Origin: Podarcis cretensis
Taxonomy: Eukaryota
Length of the DNA stretch: 64,000 nt
NCBI GenBank assembly: GCA_951804945.1
Contig: OX638155.1
Location: 13,578,001-13,642,000 of the forward strand
Direction: 5' to 3'
Below the pieces are notes generated by a model, which did not search any database, was not told where the DNA came from, and saw nothing but the letters and a program-made list of their open reading frames with translations. Both the position numbers and the translations under genes were made by a program. How positions within the stretch are numbered: the first letter of the stretch is position 1; every line of letters begins with the position of its first letter. Below, in pieces: positions 52,291 to 64,000 of the stretch.

Positions 52291-52570
52291 TGACAACTGG
52301 TTCCTTTCAAAACTGCATCAACATAAACATGGTCATTTGAACCTTATGTCAGCACACTAAGGAAACCTCAAATTATATTTTCTGTCATTGGAACTGCACA
52401 GACCATGCATAGCACTAGATCTGACCCGTAGACTTTAGGGATAAGGTGATGGTTAGAAAACAGATGCAAAACAGAACACCAGCCCATTCCCCTAAGATAA
52501 GAACAACGGTCATGAAAGGCAATCATGAACATGTTTCTTAAAAAAATAAAATAAATAAATCAGTTGTATC

Positions 52571-53059
52571 CAGTGCTTTTCTGGAGGGTACGCAGGGGTA
52601 TGCAAACCTCTAAACATTTTGTGAATCTAAGTTTGGCCTCACTGAGGTGCAGTTTGATTGACGTTGGAGAGAGACTGAGCAGAGAAATAAGACCAAGGGT
52701 ATATATTGATATAGGAATGTATTAGATAAAATGTAAAGAAATATACAATAAGAAGAGTACATTCATTTGTAAAAAAAGGAATATATGACGGGATAGACAG
52801 GAAGTCCAAAGTGTTGGTACATATATGATTTAGGAATAGTTTTTTGTCTTCGTTTCTTTTCTTTAGGTATATAAACTTTGTATACATGCTGAAAACTATA
52901 TTATAATAAGCCTTGTGATGTAATATGATAATGTTTAATGATGTAAGATAAGAATGTTAATAAATAAAACTAAAAAGGGGGGAAGAGGTGCAGTATTTCA
53001 GCATGAGTAGGAAAATGAGAGTACCCCTAAACATTTTTTTAAAACGAAAAAAAGCACTG
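52571..53059. mobile_element. hAT MITE interrupted by a LINE 3' fragment
   Basis: TIRs CAGTGCTTTT...AAAAGCACTG with a perfect 8-bp TSD GTTGTATC (52563-52570 / 53060-53067). Confidence 0.9.
52654..52984 (+). mobile_element. L1-like 3' UTR fragment nested in the MITE
   Basis: AT-rich insert ending TAATAAATAAAAC..., flanked by the 10-bp direct repeat GAGGTGCAGT (52644-52653 / 52985-52994). Confidence 0.65.
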
Positions 53060-53494
53060 GTTGTATCTATATAGTCAACTCAAAATTAGGTTCCATTAAG
53101 CAAATGTTTTCTATAATGGTATTGAAAGCCTCCTGTCTGCATGTTCAGCCCCTGTTTACTGGTTCCCGTTTACATGCAGTGGGGGATTAGTGATAAATGA
53201 CCTCTCTAAATTATACCACTGCCAATTACTTTTTCCATGGGGGAGGGAGGGAGAAAGAGGTTTTAATAATTGATTTCCTCTCATTTTTATTTTTTTTAGT
53301 AGTCCTGTTAGTTGTTTATAGCTCTCTTTTCTAGTGAAAAAAGAAAATAATGAGATTGGATTAGTGCCTATGCGATTTATCAACAAAACCTTCCTGATAG
53401 CAGAAGGACTAAATTTGTGCAATAGGACTTCATTTCCCCCTCATTGTATGTTCTCCACACACCCCACCTGCTCTGGGGAGCTGGGGGGAGGGAA

Positions 53495-53932
53495 TGTCAG
53501 GAGTTCATCGTGCACTCGAGTAGGACCCTGGCAGAGACACATGCCCGACGGGCATGTTCCCTCCCTCCTGGTCGATCATTCAGGAGCTTCATAAGCTTTC
53601 TTCAGCCTGAACATCACAGCAACCAATGCCAACCGACACCAGCACACTTAAGGATCTGAGGACTTTGCTCACCATGCTCAACAGACCTCAGCAACTCAGC
53701 ATTTTGGCTAATCTTTATTTACATATAAACACACATGGAGCACTGCAACATGGCTCCCTCTCTCTCTAGCATCAGACAGCAAAGAGGAAAAAGGACAATA
53801 ATCCTACTTCACAGAACAAAGTAACACAAACATCCTGTCTCCGTCACTTCCCACTCTGTGGAGTCAAAACATACACCATCATGTGACAGACAACAATTCC
53901 ATGACTGCAATTATGGAGCAGGAATTCTAACA
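53495..53932 (-). mobile_element. Solo LTR, 438 bp
   Basis: TGT...ACA termini with a perfect 5-bp TSD GGGAA (53490-53494 / 53933-53937). Minus-strand AATAAA at 53714-53719. Confidence 0.85.
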
Positions 53933-56413
53933 GGGAAACCTAGAGCAAATTTGGCGGGGGGCAGGGAGGTGCACAATGAGAAGAGAGGAAGCTCTTTTGC
54001 ACATATTGAACTTTTTGTGGATAACAGGACAACTTTGTTGGTCCCCACCTTGGGAAGAGAAACTGGTACCAAGGCCATGGAGAAGCTAATTAAGTGACAA
54101 CTCAGATACTACAAATTACTAATCCCTTGGTGATACATTGAGCAATGAGCCACAGGATCTCCTAAAAATGCCTTAATAGAACACTAGTGCTTCAGTTGTA
54201 TTTTATCACCAAAAAATGCCACTGTAAGGACATGGGATGATTACTTCGTAAACACTGGAATACAGTGGGTTCATATCAATGCCATGTAGTTTGCTACTTC
54301 TCGCCTTACACCATGTGTGTATACATGCCTCTGGCTCAAGCTGCACACACATTACTGTTCACCCTGGCTCCAGCCCTGGGACGACGTGACCTTTGCAAAA
54401 TTCACCCAGAATTCTGAACATCTGTATTTTGGGCTTTCATCTGTGTCTTAACGACTCTGCAGTTTTCTTCAGCCGCTGCTACTGTAACTTTACAGCTGAA
54501 TTCACAATGGCAATTTTTAAATTATTAATTGTGTTATCATTTGTCAATCGAAAAAATGTGAGCTAGATGGATCATTTGTCTCTAATGACATGGGCAGACA
54601 GTGGCTATCCAGTTTCAGACAGGGGCCTTCCCCAGTCTGACTTGGTACCTTTTGTACTCAGAGGGTATGTTCTGTCCCTTTTCTATAGCCCTTCCACTTT
54701 TAATTTAGCCAGTCATAAAATTTAGCCTCACAAAATGAGACTCTCTAGCAAATTCATTCAGGTATTATTAAAGTTGTCCCGGATACCAAATACTTTAATT
54801 CAGGGTATTACACCACATTAGAGAGATTTATGGCCTCTTTTTTGCTCATCTTTTTGGTGAGGTGGGTGGGATGAGTTAGATATCCCTTTCTATTCTGATT
54901 TTTCTATTTGGTTTTTATTTTTTGTAGGCCACTCTGGGTCACCACAACAATGGGAGAATCCCACAAATTTCTCCAAATGGAAATAAATCAGGACCTATTA
55001 TCAAACAAGGCATATTACATGGCTGTGTCACTTTTCATTTTTGCTGTTGCTGTTTTGCCTTAAGTATCTTCAAATACAGACAGTAGAAAGATGATATAGT
55101 ATTATTGCTGCCAGTAGCTCACACCAAAATAAGCAAAAGTTTATTTGCTTTAAATCAAATTCTGTTCTATGGCTTGGAACAATAAGATGAACGCATTGCC
55201 CCTTCAGTAAGTGGCTTTCCAAATGTTCATGAACAAGCCACAAAAAATCCTCAAAAGTTCAGTTGCATATATTAATAAATATAATAACAGCTTCAAGTAA
55301 TTCTGGTTGATGGAAATGACACCTTATATCAGAATTTAGTTTGTGTTCCGAAAAGATCCCTGAAGGGGGGGGGGTCAATCTAGGAAAAGCTGAAATTATT
55401 TGAACTTCCACCCAACTTCATGCAGATGCTTTGCATGAGCAAGATTCCATGTTTGCAATGAATTTCACGTCAGGAGAAATCTGGTGGGAACTCTATTTCA
55501 GAGGTGGTTCCGCTTATTTCTTTCGACTTTTGAAAATAAGGTAATAGTGCTGACTTTAGGTGACTTATTGTACAAATTGTACCCTCTCTCATTAATGGTG
55601 GAAAAGTAGTTCAAAAGAAAAGCAGAACAGCTCTACAAAGAAAGAAAGAAAACAATACATGGGCTTGTGCTCTTTGCTGGTAATGTTAGATGGAATAAAG
55701 GAAAGCTTAAGTTACTTCTGTGAACACACACACACACAGAGAGAGCGAGAGACAGAGCGCAAACTTCTGTTTCAGATCATGTTAAAAGTCGCTGTTGCTA
55801 TCAGCTTTAATGAGATCAAAGTTTATCCCATTATACACTCCTACAAACACAAGAAGACTTAATCTGAACTTTTGCCCCCTAAAATCAATGACAGTTTGCC
55901 AGCAACAACTTTGGCAGAATTTATATGTTAACTTTAGAACTATAGTTTCCACATTTCAGTGTAGCAAATCAATAATTTGCCCTATTGTGCTGCATTTTGG
56001 ACAATTTCAATGTTAATGAAATCCCTTTTTTTTTCAGGGGGGCTGGTGTCCTTCGCATGGTTGAAGCTGCACTCAACATATGGGGTTCTGCCACATGAAA
56101 ACAGCTTCTCACACAAGAATGCATTTCATTCACTCCTCTGTTGAGGTAACAACTGTGATGCAAGGTTGATATAAGATGTTGGGTCCATGGAATCTTATGC
56201 AAAGAACCATTTAATGTGTTTAGTAACACATTTTAAATGCACCAGCATTAGGTAGCTACTTCCCAAACAGAACAGAACCCACAAACTACAAGTACTTATT
56301 TTGGCACAGGACTACATTAGGAAGCTCACTTAAAGCAAAAGTGTAGATTTGCTCTATGTTCACATTAAAACAAAAACAAAAACGGAATCAGTTTAAGTAT
56401 CAAAACATCCCTT

Positions 56414-56639
56414 GGGTGGGATTCACCTCATGAGCCCCATCCGCAGAAGTCATGCACAAGGACTTCTGCTTGTGCAACAGGGCTTTTCCTGCTCTCCTCC
56501 CCGACACCCCAGAATTGGCTCAGAGGGTCAGCAAAAACCCCAGAGTAGCATGAGGAGAGAGGAGAAGGAGGTATCATTCTGTTTAGCAAACTGAAATGCT
56601 TGTGCTGATTCAACCTAAGTGTGGTATTGAATTCCACCC
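56414..56639. mobile_element. MITE with GGGTGGGATTCA...TGAATTCCACCC TIRs (PIF/Harbinger-like, tentative)
   Basis: 12-bp imperfect TIRs with a partly palindromic interior. Confidence 0.6.
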
Positions 56640-56679
56640 TATGTCCACATTATTATGTCACAAACACTCCCCTACAGTA

Positions 56680-57010
56680 AAGGTAAAGGGACCACTGACT
56701 CTGGGGTTGCGATGCTCATCTTGCTTTACTGGCTGAAGGAGCTGGCGTTCGTCTGCAGACAGCTTCCGGGTCATGTGGCCAGTATGACTAAGCCACTTCT
56801 GGCAAAGCAAAGCAGCGCAAGGAAATGCCGTTTACCTTCCCTCCAGAGTGGTACCTATTTATCTACTTGCTCGTACTTTCGAACTGCTAAGTTGGCAGGA
56901 GCAGGGATCGAGCAACGGGAGCTCACCTCGTCACAGGGATTCAAACTGCTGACCTTCTGATCAGCAAGCCCTAGGCTCTGTGGTTTAGACCACAGCGCCA
57001 CCAGCATAGT
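56680..57010 (-). mobile_element. Sauria SINE, older copy
   Basis: Family sequence with CpG decay and flanking direct repeat CTACAGTA. Confidence 0.9.
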
Positions 57011-59467
57011 CTACAGTAGTGACCGGCAATTTAGGTCCAGGGCCTTCCTAAGGTCACAAGGGGCTTTTCAATTGCTCTTCAGCATAACCTCCAATCTTGG
57101 GACCCTCCACAAGTTCTATAGCCTCCTCCTATCACTATTTGTTTTCTCATGAGACACAAGGAAGTTTGGTAAACAGATAAGTTGAATTTTACAACACAGC
57201 TAAGTCGTATTATGGCATACACTAGACCTCTTGCAAATGGAGGACAGAAATATGGACAGGGCTATTTGCCGCTTCCCTCTATGTAGTATTCTTTTCATGT
57301 GCAATTTAGCTATTCGTTCCCATTTGCCTGCAGTGGTTCATAGGTACCAGGGCACTCTTGCCATATTGTTCAGTCACACCATGGTGGAGGAAGTAAACAA
57401 AGGGCTTAGCAACCCATGTAGCATGGTGGAGCTGTAGAACCACCCTACTGACACAGGCATCAATGCAGCTTACCTGGATAAGGGGCTGCATGGGTGCACC
57501 AGTGTGCTCACACAGTCCAAACATCACAACCACCATGCTCTATCCTGGCCCTGATGAGAGAGTAAATCTTTTTCCACAAGCTACAGCACTGGCAGTCACA
57601 GTTCTTGCTTTATTCAACATGTAACACATACTAACAATTAAGTTGCTAACTGGAGAACCATAGTAACTCATCTAAATGGTACTAGCAACATGATTACGGG
57701 TAGTTTTAAATTAGGGATGTAACTACTGTTTCAAATCAAGGACATTTCAGGTTCTCCTTTCAAAATGCACAACCACCAACTCAATTCATTTCAACATCTT
57801 TTACAATGAAGCAAGTGCTACATTATGACACCCATGTCACTGTTTTGCTGTCCAAGAAACAAACACGTGAGTGTTATAAAATTAGTTGGGTATGCCCATT
57901 AATACCAGTCAAATGTGGAGAAAAAATTAACTTATTGGTCCTAAAGTAGATTTTAAGAAAGCTTGGACTGACTGAAAACACTTGTAAAATACGGAACTCT
58001 TAATATTTCAATTACATTATCCACAGATAAAGAGATTTTACAATCATAATATGATTAATGCCACTTCATTGTAATTTTAAGAGCTGGAAAACCTCTCTGA
58101 GTATTCTTTTCATGTTTAATATTGAAATGCAAATAAAACATTTAGCATAGGATTAAGCAGCTAACCCTTGCTGATATCAATAACCCCACTGAAATTAATT
58201 AACATGACTAAGTTAGTTTCATTAACTTCAGCAGGTCTACCCCGAGTAAAATTTAGTTGTAAAGTATTTGTCAATATATAATCACTCTGTAAAATAATAC
58301 AACAGATAACTATGTTTTTTTAAAAATGTCTTTCACAAAAGGCGTTGGCTTAAATTGATGATTCTTCCTTTGCTGCATAATCAAGAATGCCAAGGGGTTT
58401 AATGGGAGTTGGTTTTGTATTGAAATCCAGGCACTGGGAAGAGGCCATTAAATTAAATCCTGTCTTTAAAAAGGTATACAGATTAGAGTTCTGAGTAAAA
58501 CTTGAAAAGAAAGGCAGCCATGAGTATTTCAGGCATATTCAGCTACTGGCATCAATTCATTTATTTAATTTGCTGAGCAGTCACTCACAGCCTTCTTTGA
58601 CTCTGGCATTACATAGCAGTTCATCCATGACATTATAATCATATGTTATAGTCTGTAAATGTCCATTATGTGTTTTTTTTATTTTATATTAGTTAGATTT
58701 TTCTGACTTCAAAGTTAATAGTTTAGGACCTCATTTTGATTACATATAAAGTACACAATGCATTTCTACCTACATAACACTAACACAGAAATTAGACATT
58801 TATCAACACAGAAAAATAAATTGAAATTCATGGGCAAAAATGCAAAGCAACAGGTTTCTACCTCAAAATAGCAACAGGATCACTTATTACCAAAGGGAGC
58901 AACTGTGGAAATATATTTTGAACAGGGAACATATTTGCTGTCTTTGCCTTAATCCAAATGGTCTTTTGGTTTTCTTAGAATATTTGAAACAAGCAAAAGA
59001 GAAGCCATTAGTTAAAACATTATTGTTAGAGTGGTGATGGAGATATATGACGAAAGGATTAAAACAACTTTAGTTAAAATATAACTTTCCCCTCTCTTTT
59101 TCTATACCTCCTGTAATCATAATATTGTTTTAATGGTGCATTACTGAACAGAGGGGAAAATGGAGCATAAAGCTCAGTTACTTAAAGATGCTTCAAATTG
59201 CTGATGAGTTAAAACTAGATAAATGTGCAATCCCGACTTAACAAAGTGAATGTTAATATTTTGGTAGTAGGTTTTAGAATAATTTTCTTTTTTAAAAATA
59301 AGATCATGCACAACTATCATCCACAAGAGCAGGCTGATTTTTTTTCTTAACATATTACTGCAGTAAAACTTTCACAAAACAGCTCTGCAAAACTTTAATA
59401 AAAACCTTATAAACAAACTAGTAGTGCAAGAAAAATACAGTATAAATTTAGCTCTCTTTTCTTTTAC

Positions 59468-59890
59468 CTTTGTCACACACTTTGCAAGCAAATATTTCTC
59501 AGTCGCTTCAAAAAAATAAAAATTCAGCAGTCCAAGTAAACAAACCCAGTAAACAAAGCTGAAGGGTGAGTTTTGTTTTCTCCCACGGTAGCAGTACTTC
59601 CAGCAGGTCTAGTCATTCCTTATCTTTCATCATTTGTAAAAGTTAACATATATGGTTTTAAATCCTGAATGTCAGTAACCATCCTAGTAGCACAAACCAG
59701 CTACCACCTCCTTTGGTTTGTAAGCATGCAAGAAGCTGCAGAAAAATAAAGGGCAAAAAGGATGTAAAATACGGAGATACTTCAAGACCCTGTGGCTGCA
59801 GCCTTAAAAAAAAGAAGAATTAAATTCAGTCAGGCACAAAGGTCTCCATGGCAACTGTGAACAGAGCCCTCCCCTCTGCTATTATTTATG
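59468..59890 (-). promoter_or_regulatory. CTNND2: Candidate CTNND2 alternative (non-coding) first exon / internal promoter
   Basis: Minus-strand donor ACAAAG|GTAAAAG (last exon base 59468). Perfect RFX X-box GTCTCCATGGCAAC at 59842-59855. Two forkhead GTAAACA motifs (59536-59542, 59549-59555). The surrounding ~2.5 kb has no recognisable repeats. The 5' boundary is unknown. Confidence 0.45.
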
Positions 59891-60393
59891 CAACATTTCA
59901 CCACAAAAGGACCTTCCCATTAGCCTAACGGGAGCCCCCAAAGCTCTTTCTCCCCTGTAATCACATCCTCTCAATTTATTTAGACCCCCGAAATAAAAAC
60001 TATATGACCTTTGGTTGTGGTAAAATACATTCAGTTAGCCACTTAGTGCTCGATCTTCCCAGATAAAAAGTGCACTTTGAACCTTGCATAGAGTTTATAT
60101 TTAATGCCATTTCTGATTTTGAAATTCAAGATGCCCATTTCACAAAGAAGCCGTATATTTGAATGTTGTTCGTTCTGCTGCACCACAACTACATGTGGTT
60201 AGAAAGTAAACCCTTGAAGAAAATCACGCTCAGGTATCAGTATGCAGTATTCTGGTAGCTAATTTCATACCTACTTATTCTTGCTGCTGGCATGTGAAAC
60301 AGTGACACTTAATTTTATCTACCTTTATTACTATTCGGGAGCCAGGGAGGAATTTGCCTACAGACAAATTAGGCCAGGCTAGGGTTTTTGCCT

Positions 60394-61006
60394 GAGGATG
60401 CAGGTGGCATTGTGGCAGTTCGAATCCCCGCGACGGAGTGAGCTCCCATTGCTCGGTCCCTGCTCCTGCCAACCAAGCAGTTCGAAAGCACATCAAAGTG
60501 CAAGTACAGTGGTGCCTCGCAAGACAAAATTAATTCGTTCCGCGAGTCTCTTCGTCTTGCGGTTTTTTCCGTCTTGCGAAGCACCCCTATTAGCGGCTTA
60601 GCGGATTAGCGCTATTAGCGGCTTAGCGGCTTAGAAAAAGGGGGGGGGAGGGGAAAAAATCGCAAGACTCGCAAGACGTTTTCGTCTTGTGAAGCAAGCC
60701 CATAGGGAAATTCGTCTTGCGAAGCACCTCGAAAAACGGAAAACCCTTTTGTCTAGCAAGTTTTTTGTTTTGCAAGGCATTCGCCTTGCGGGGCACCACT
60801 GTAGATAAATAGGTACCGCTCCGGCGGGAAGGTAAACAGCATTTCTGTGCACTGCTCTGGTTCTCCAGAAGCCACTTAGTCATGCTGGCCACATGACCCA
60901 GAAGCTGTACGCCGGCTCCCTTGGCCAATAAAGCGAGATGAGTGCCGCAACCCCAGAGTTGGCCATGGCTGGACCTAATGGTCAGGGGTCCCTTTACCTT
61001 TACCTT
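60394..61006 (+). mobile_element. Sauria SINE interrupted by a MITE
   Basis: TSD GGGTTTTTGCCT (60382-60393 / 61007-61018). Confidence 0.92.
60507..60801. mobile_element. Tc1/mariner-pogo-type MITE, 295 bp, CpG-rich
   Basis: TIRs CAGTGGTGCCTCGCAAG...CTTGCGGGGCACCACTG with a TA TSD (60505-60506 / 60802-60803). It splits the SINE motif GTGCAAG-TA-GATAAATAGG. Confidence 0.92.
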
Positions 61007-61327
61007 GGGTTTTTGCCTACCTCGTAGCGACTTGCTGGTGGAAAAAAGCATTGTTTGGGATCCTTAGTTTAAACAAAGGAAGGGGGGTAGGTGGGAAGGA
61101 GCCCTACTCACCTCTTCATGAACCAAGTATCAGGGTACCCAGGTAAAGGAGTCCAGAGAGAAGGTTTCTGTCCCAATGCCCAGACGGGGCTAACAGGCTA
61201 TAGAATTCCCCAAATGGGGGCCTGTAGGGATCACCCTATTTGATATGTGTTAATGGGGGTCCTTAACCCAATATTGACCCTCGTGAAGGAATCAGCCAGC
61301 AATTGGGATAGTTGATTCAGGATACAT

Positions 61328-61677
61328 AAAGGTCAAGGTAAAGGGACCCCTGACCACTAGGTCCAGTCGTGACCGACTCTGGGGTTGCGGCGCTCATCTC
61401 GCTTTATTGGCCAAGGGAGCCGGTGTACAGCTTCCGGGTCATGTGGCCAGAATGACTAAGCCACTTCTGGTGAACCAGAGCAGCGCACAGAAACGCCGTT
61501 TACCTTCCCGCCGGAGCGGTACCTATTTATCTACTTGCACTTTGACGTGCTTTCAAACTGCTAGGTTTGCAGGAGCAGGGACCGAGCAACGGGGGCTCAC
61601 CCCATCGCAGGGATTCGAACAGCCGACCTTCTGATCGGCAAGTCCTAGCCTCTGTGGTTTTAACCCACAGTGCCACA
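61328..61677 (-). mobile_element. Sauria SINE
   Basis: AAAGGTCAAGGTAAAGGGACCCC...TAACCCACAGTGCCAC. Confidence 0.92.
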
Positions 61678-62861
61678 GTGCCTATGTGAAAGCCTACTTG
61701 CATCTGTGCTCAATAAAGTTGTGGCCACTTTGATCCCAAGATGATGCTCCTGAGCTCGCAAATGCAATAATGGTTTACCACTGCTTTAAAGCTGATTTGA
61801 ATAATCTGCAATGCATATCTGACCTGCATTTCAGTTGCATAGTCTCCAGATGGGAATGTGTGTCAATATAAAGTTGCAGCGTGACTCGTGCTCAGTGGGC
61901 CAAATTAGTCTGCATAGCTTGAGAAGGAAAAAGATATTGTGAACATCTGAGCAGGGGAAATCACACAAGTGAGCACTCGTCTACTCCAGTGTTGTGAGCA
62001 CAGGCATGCTCACCTTGATCGTTCAAGCTTCTGCTTCCTTTTTCACCTGCCCAAAGGTTAAAAAACAAAACAGAACAAAAACAAAAACCATACAGTGGGA
62101 CACAGGAAGAAGATGGGAATGTATCTAATGCCCAGCGGATAATGTTTTCCTCCCAAGGGCTGCATCTGGGACGGTAAGACTCAGAATTCCCAGTGGAAAA
62201 CCAACATTCCATTTCTGCTGAAGAGAAGGCCCTTTGATTCAGCGCCCCCTCCTCCATCTGCAGTCCCCACCACACCACCTTCCATGCTATTTCAGACGGT
62301 CCTGCAGCCCTCTGACTTGGGGGAAGCACAGGAGGGAACCTGGAAGCCACAACCTAAAAAGCACCATCTTTCATAAGCCGAAATCCACCCATGGGACTCT
62401 GGATCCAACCCACCCAATGACTGTCCATTTGAGAAATTTGAGATGGGCTAGTGCTGCTGTTAAGAACATGAACTACAGTCTGAAAGACCACAACTCAACA
62501 ATCCCCTCAAGTTGGCAATCCAGTATTTTTCTGTCTCCCTCCAGCTCCCTTCTCACTCATCATCTCCACTATCTTTAATACTAGGATAACAACTTCGTCT
62601 TAAATTATTAGTGTTTGAGAGATACTGCATTCATCTCACTTTTATGGTAGTCTGCAGGGAAGAGCACTACAACAACAACAATGAAGATAATAATGATTCT
62701 GGAAATGAGAGCACAGGATGCAACCATGTTGCTGGGGCCACATTGAGCTCCAAGGTGGAGGAAAGTCTTATTTATTTATTTATTTATTTAGAAAACCCCA
62801 CTTATTAAGGCTCTGAAATCTTCTAAGTGCTGTGCAGATATTAAAATATCTGGCTACCCTG

Positions 62862-63969
62862 GCTTTCCATATTCCATCAGTGTTAAAAGTTTTCAAGGCA
62901 AAGCTGACTGCAACAATAGCATATGCAATTCCAATATGGGGGTCTTTTGTTAATCTAACCCAATTGGAGGTAATCCAAAACCAGCTTTTAAGAAGGTTGC
63001 TAAAATTACCCAGGCAATACTGCTATACGACTCGAACTAAATGTTACATCTCTAGAAACCACATTATGGAAATGCATCCTCTGTTACTGGTTGGCATTAT
63101 GGCATAAACTTCCAAATCTCCACTTGATACAGTGTCTCTGGAGAGATGACTTCCCTAGCCCTTGGGCAAAAATAATACATAGGAAACTTGTGTCCTTAGG
63201 ACTATCTCCATCTGAACTACTAAAATTGGATTTAATTTCTGCCAAGAGAATTATAACTCACAAATTAGAGGAGATGGATTTACAATTTAATATTGCGACA
63301 GGTGGTGGCACCTGTTTGCTGATAAACCTTGGCTTAACACCTCCAACGAAACTTCCATCTTATTTAACTACCTTATCTGTGGTGATGCACAGGTATGCCT
63401 TTATAAAGGCTAGATTCAATGTTTTCCCATCAAATGTGTTGGGTAACAGACTCTCCAACGGACAGATCTCACTCCTCTGTGACTGTAAAAGTGGATCTAT
63501 AGAATCGTTATATCATATAATCTTCTGTTGTCCATTACATTCGGCTTCACGGTCCAAGTTTCTGGCCCCATATTTATCGAGAATTGCTGACAGACCTCAG
63601 GAAGCCCAAATAATATACTTATTAAACGACGAAGACACAAGTAGATCCCTTGCAGTCGCTAGATACCTGATTAATGTCTTATTTCAAAAGAGGAGAAATG
63701 GATCACTGTATGACTCTGACAGCTTAGCTAAACTTAAGAACCATCAATAAGTGCCAGAACTAAGACGCATATCTCCCAAAATCCGAGGGATTTGAATTTC
63801 GGTTTACATAGAGGGAGCTTATTGTGTATAGTGTTTACTAATTGAAGTAAAATTGGTTTTATATGGGTGTTTTAACTTGGATTTTAACTGTTTAAATTGT
63901 ATTGTTTATGGATAAATTTTGATGTATTGTTTTCGATATGGGCCAATGGCCATAATAAATCAAACTAAA
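62862..63969 (+). mobile_element. RTE-X-like LINE, 5'-truncated (RT thumb plus CCHC zinc knuckle)
   Basis: ORF pieces LKVFKAKLTATIAYAIPIWG...LEVIQNQLLRRLLKLP and HRYAFIKARFNVFPS...LCDCKSGSIESLYHIIFCCPLH (stop at 63750). AATAAA plus (AAACT)n tail. 12-bp TSD CTGGCTACCCTG (62850-62861 / 63970-63981). Confidence 0.85.
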
Positions 63970-64000
63970 CTGGCTACCCTGATAAAACAAATAAAATTAC

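Larger units (their letters stand above)
60330..61760 (+). mobile_element. Structured non-autonomous element (tentatively DIRS/Ngaro-like) hosting two Sauria SINEs and a MITE
   Basis: After the inserts are removed it reads GGAGGAATTTG...GGGTTTTTGCCTACCTCGTAGC...TAAAGGAGTCCAG...AATAAAGTTGTGGCC, collinear with 2647-3400. Confidence 0.5.

Noticed and set aside
59468-59608. 47-codon open frame in phase with the coding exon as an alternative coding N-terminus
   Set aside because: There is no ATG between the upstream in-frame TAG and the donor, so it is treated as probable 5' UTR.
63091-63750. 219-aa ORF, the longest in the window, as a host gene
   Set aside because: It is the C-terminus of a 5'-truncated LINE ORF with a CCHC knuckle, an upstream frameshift, a tail and a 12-bp TSD.

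Overview
This is vertebrate, not microbial, DNA. The repeat families (Sauria SINEs, BovB, squamate-type L2 tails, a CORE-type SINE) point to a squamate, most likely a lacertid lizard; the taxon is an inference. The window lies within the very large neuronal gene CTNND2 (delta-catenin) on the minus strand. Only one confident host coding exon is present: 29894-30006, 113 bp, [37 protein letters not shown], which corresponds to human exon 3. A candidate alternative non-coding first exon or internal promoter lies at about 59.47-59.9 kb. The rest is intron filled with transposable elements: 13 Sauria SINE copies, 5'-truncated LINEs (BovB, another RTE, RTE-X-like, L1, L2, CR1), hAT and Tc1/mariner-type MITEs, and several solo LTRs. 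Many have target-site duplications (TSDs) that can be read directly. The most striking observation is that two diverged solo LTRs (30064-30492 and 34396-34830) share a gap-free 43-codon reading frame, 25/43 identical, with synonymous changes in 11 of the 25 identical codons and the same stop. This indicates a protein under purifying selection encoded inside the LTR. A third, different solo LTR (50683-51241) carries a similarly built acidic/Pro-rich/basic ORF containing an HMGN-like RRSARL motif. Almost all other ORFs in the supplied track are chance ORFs or repeat read-throughs.
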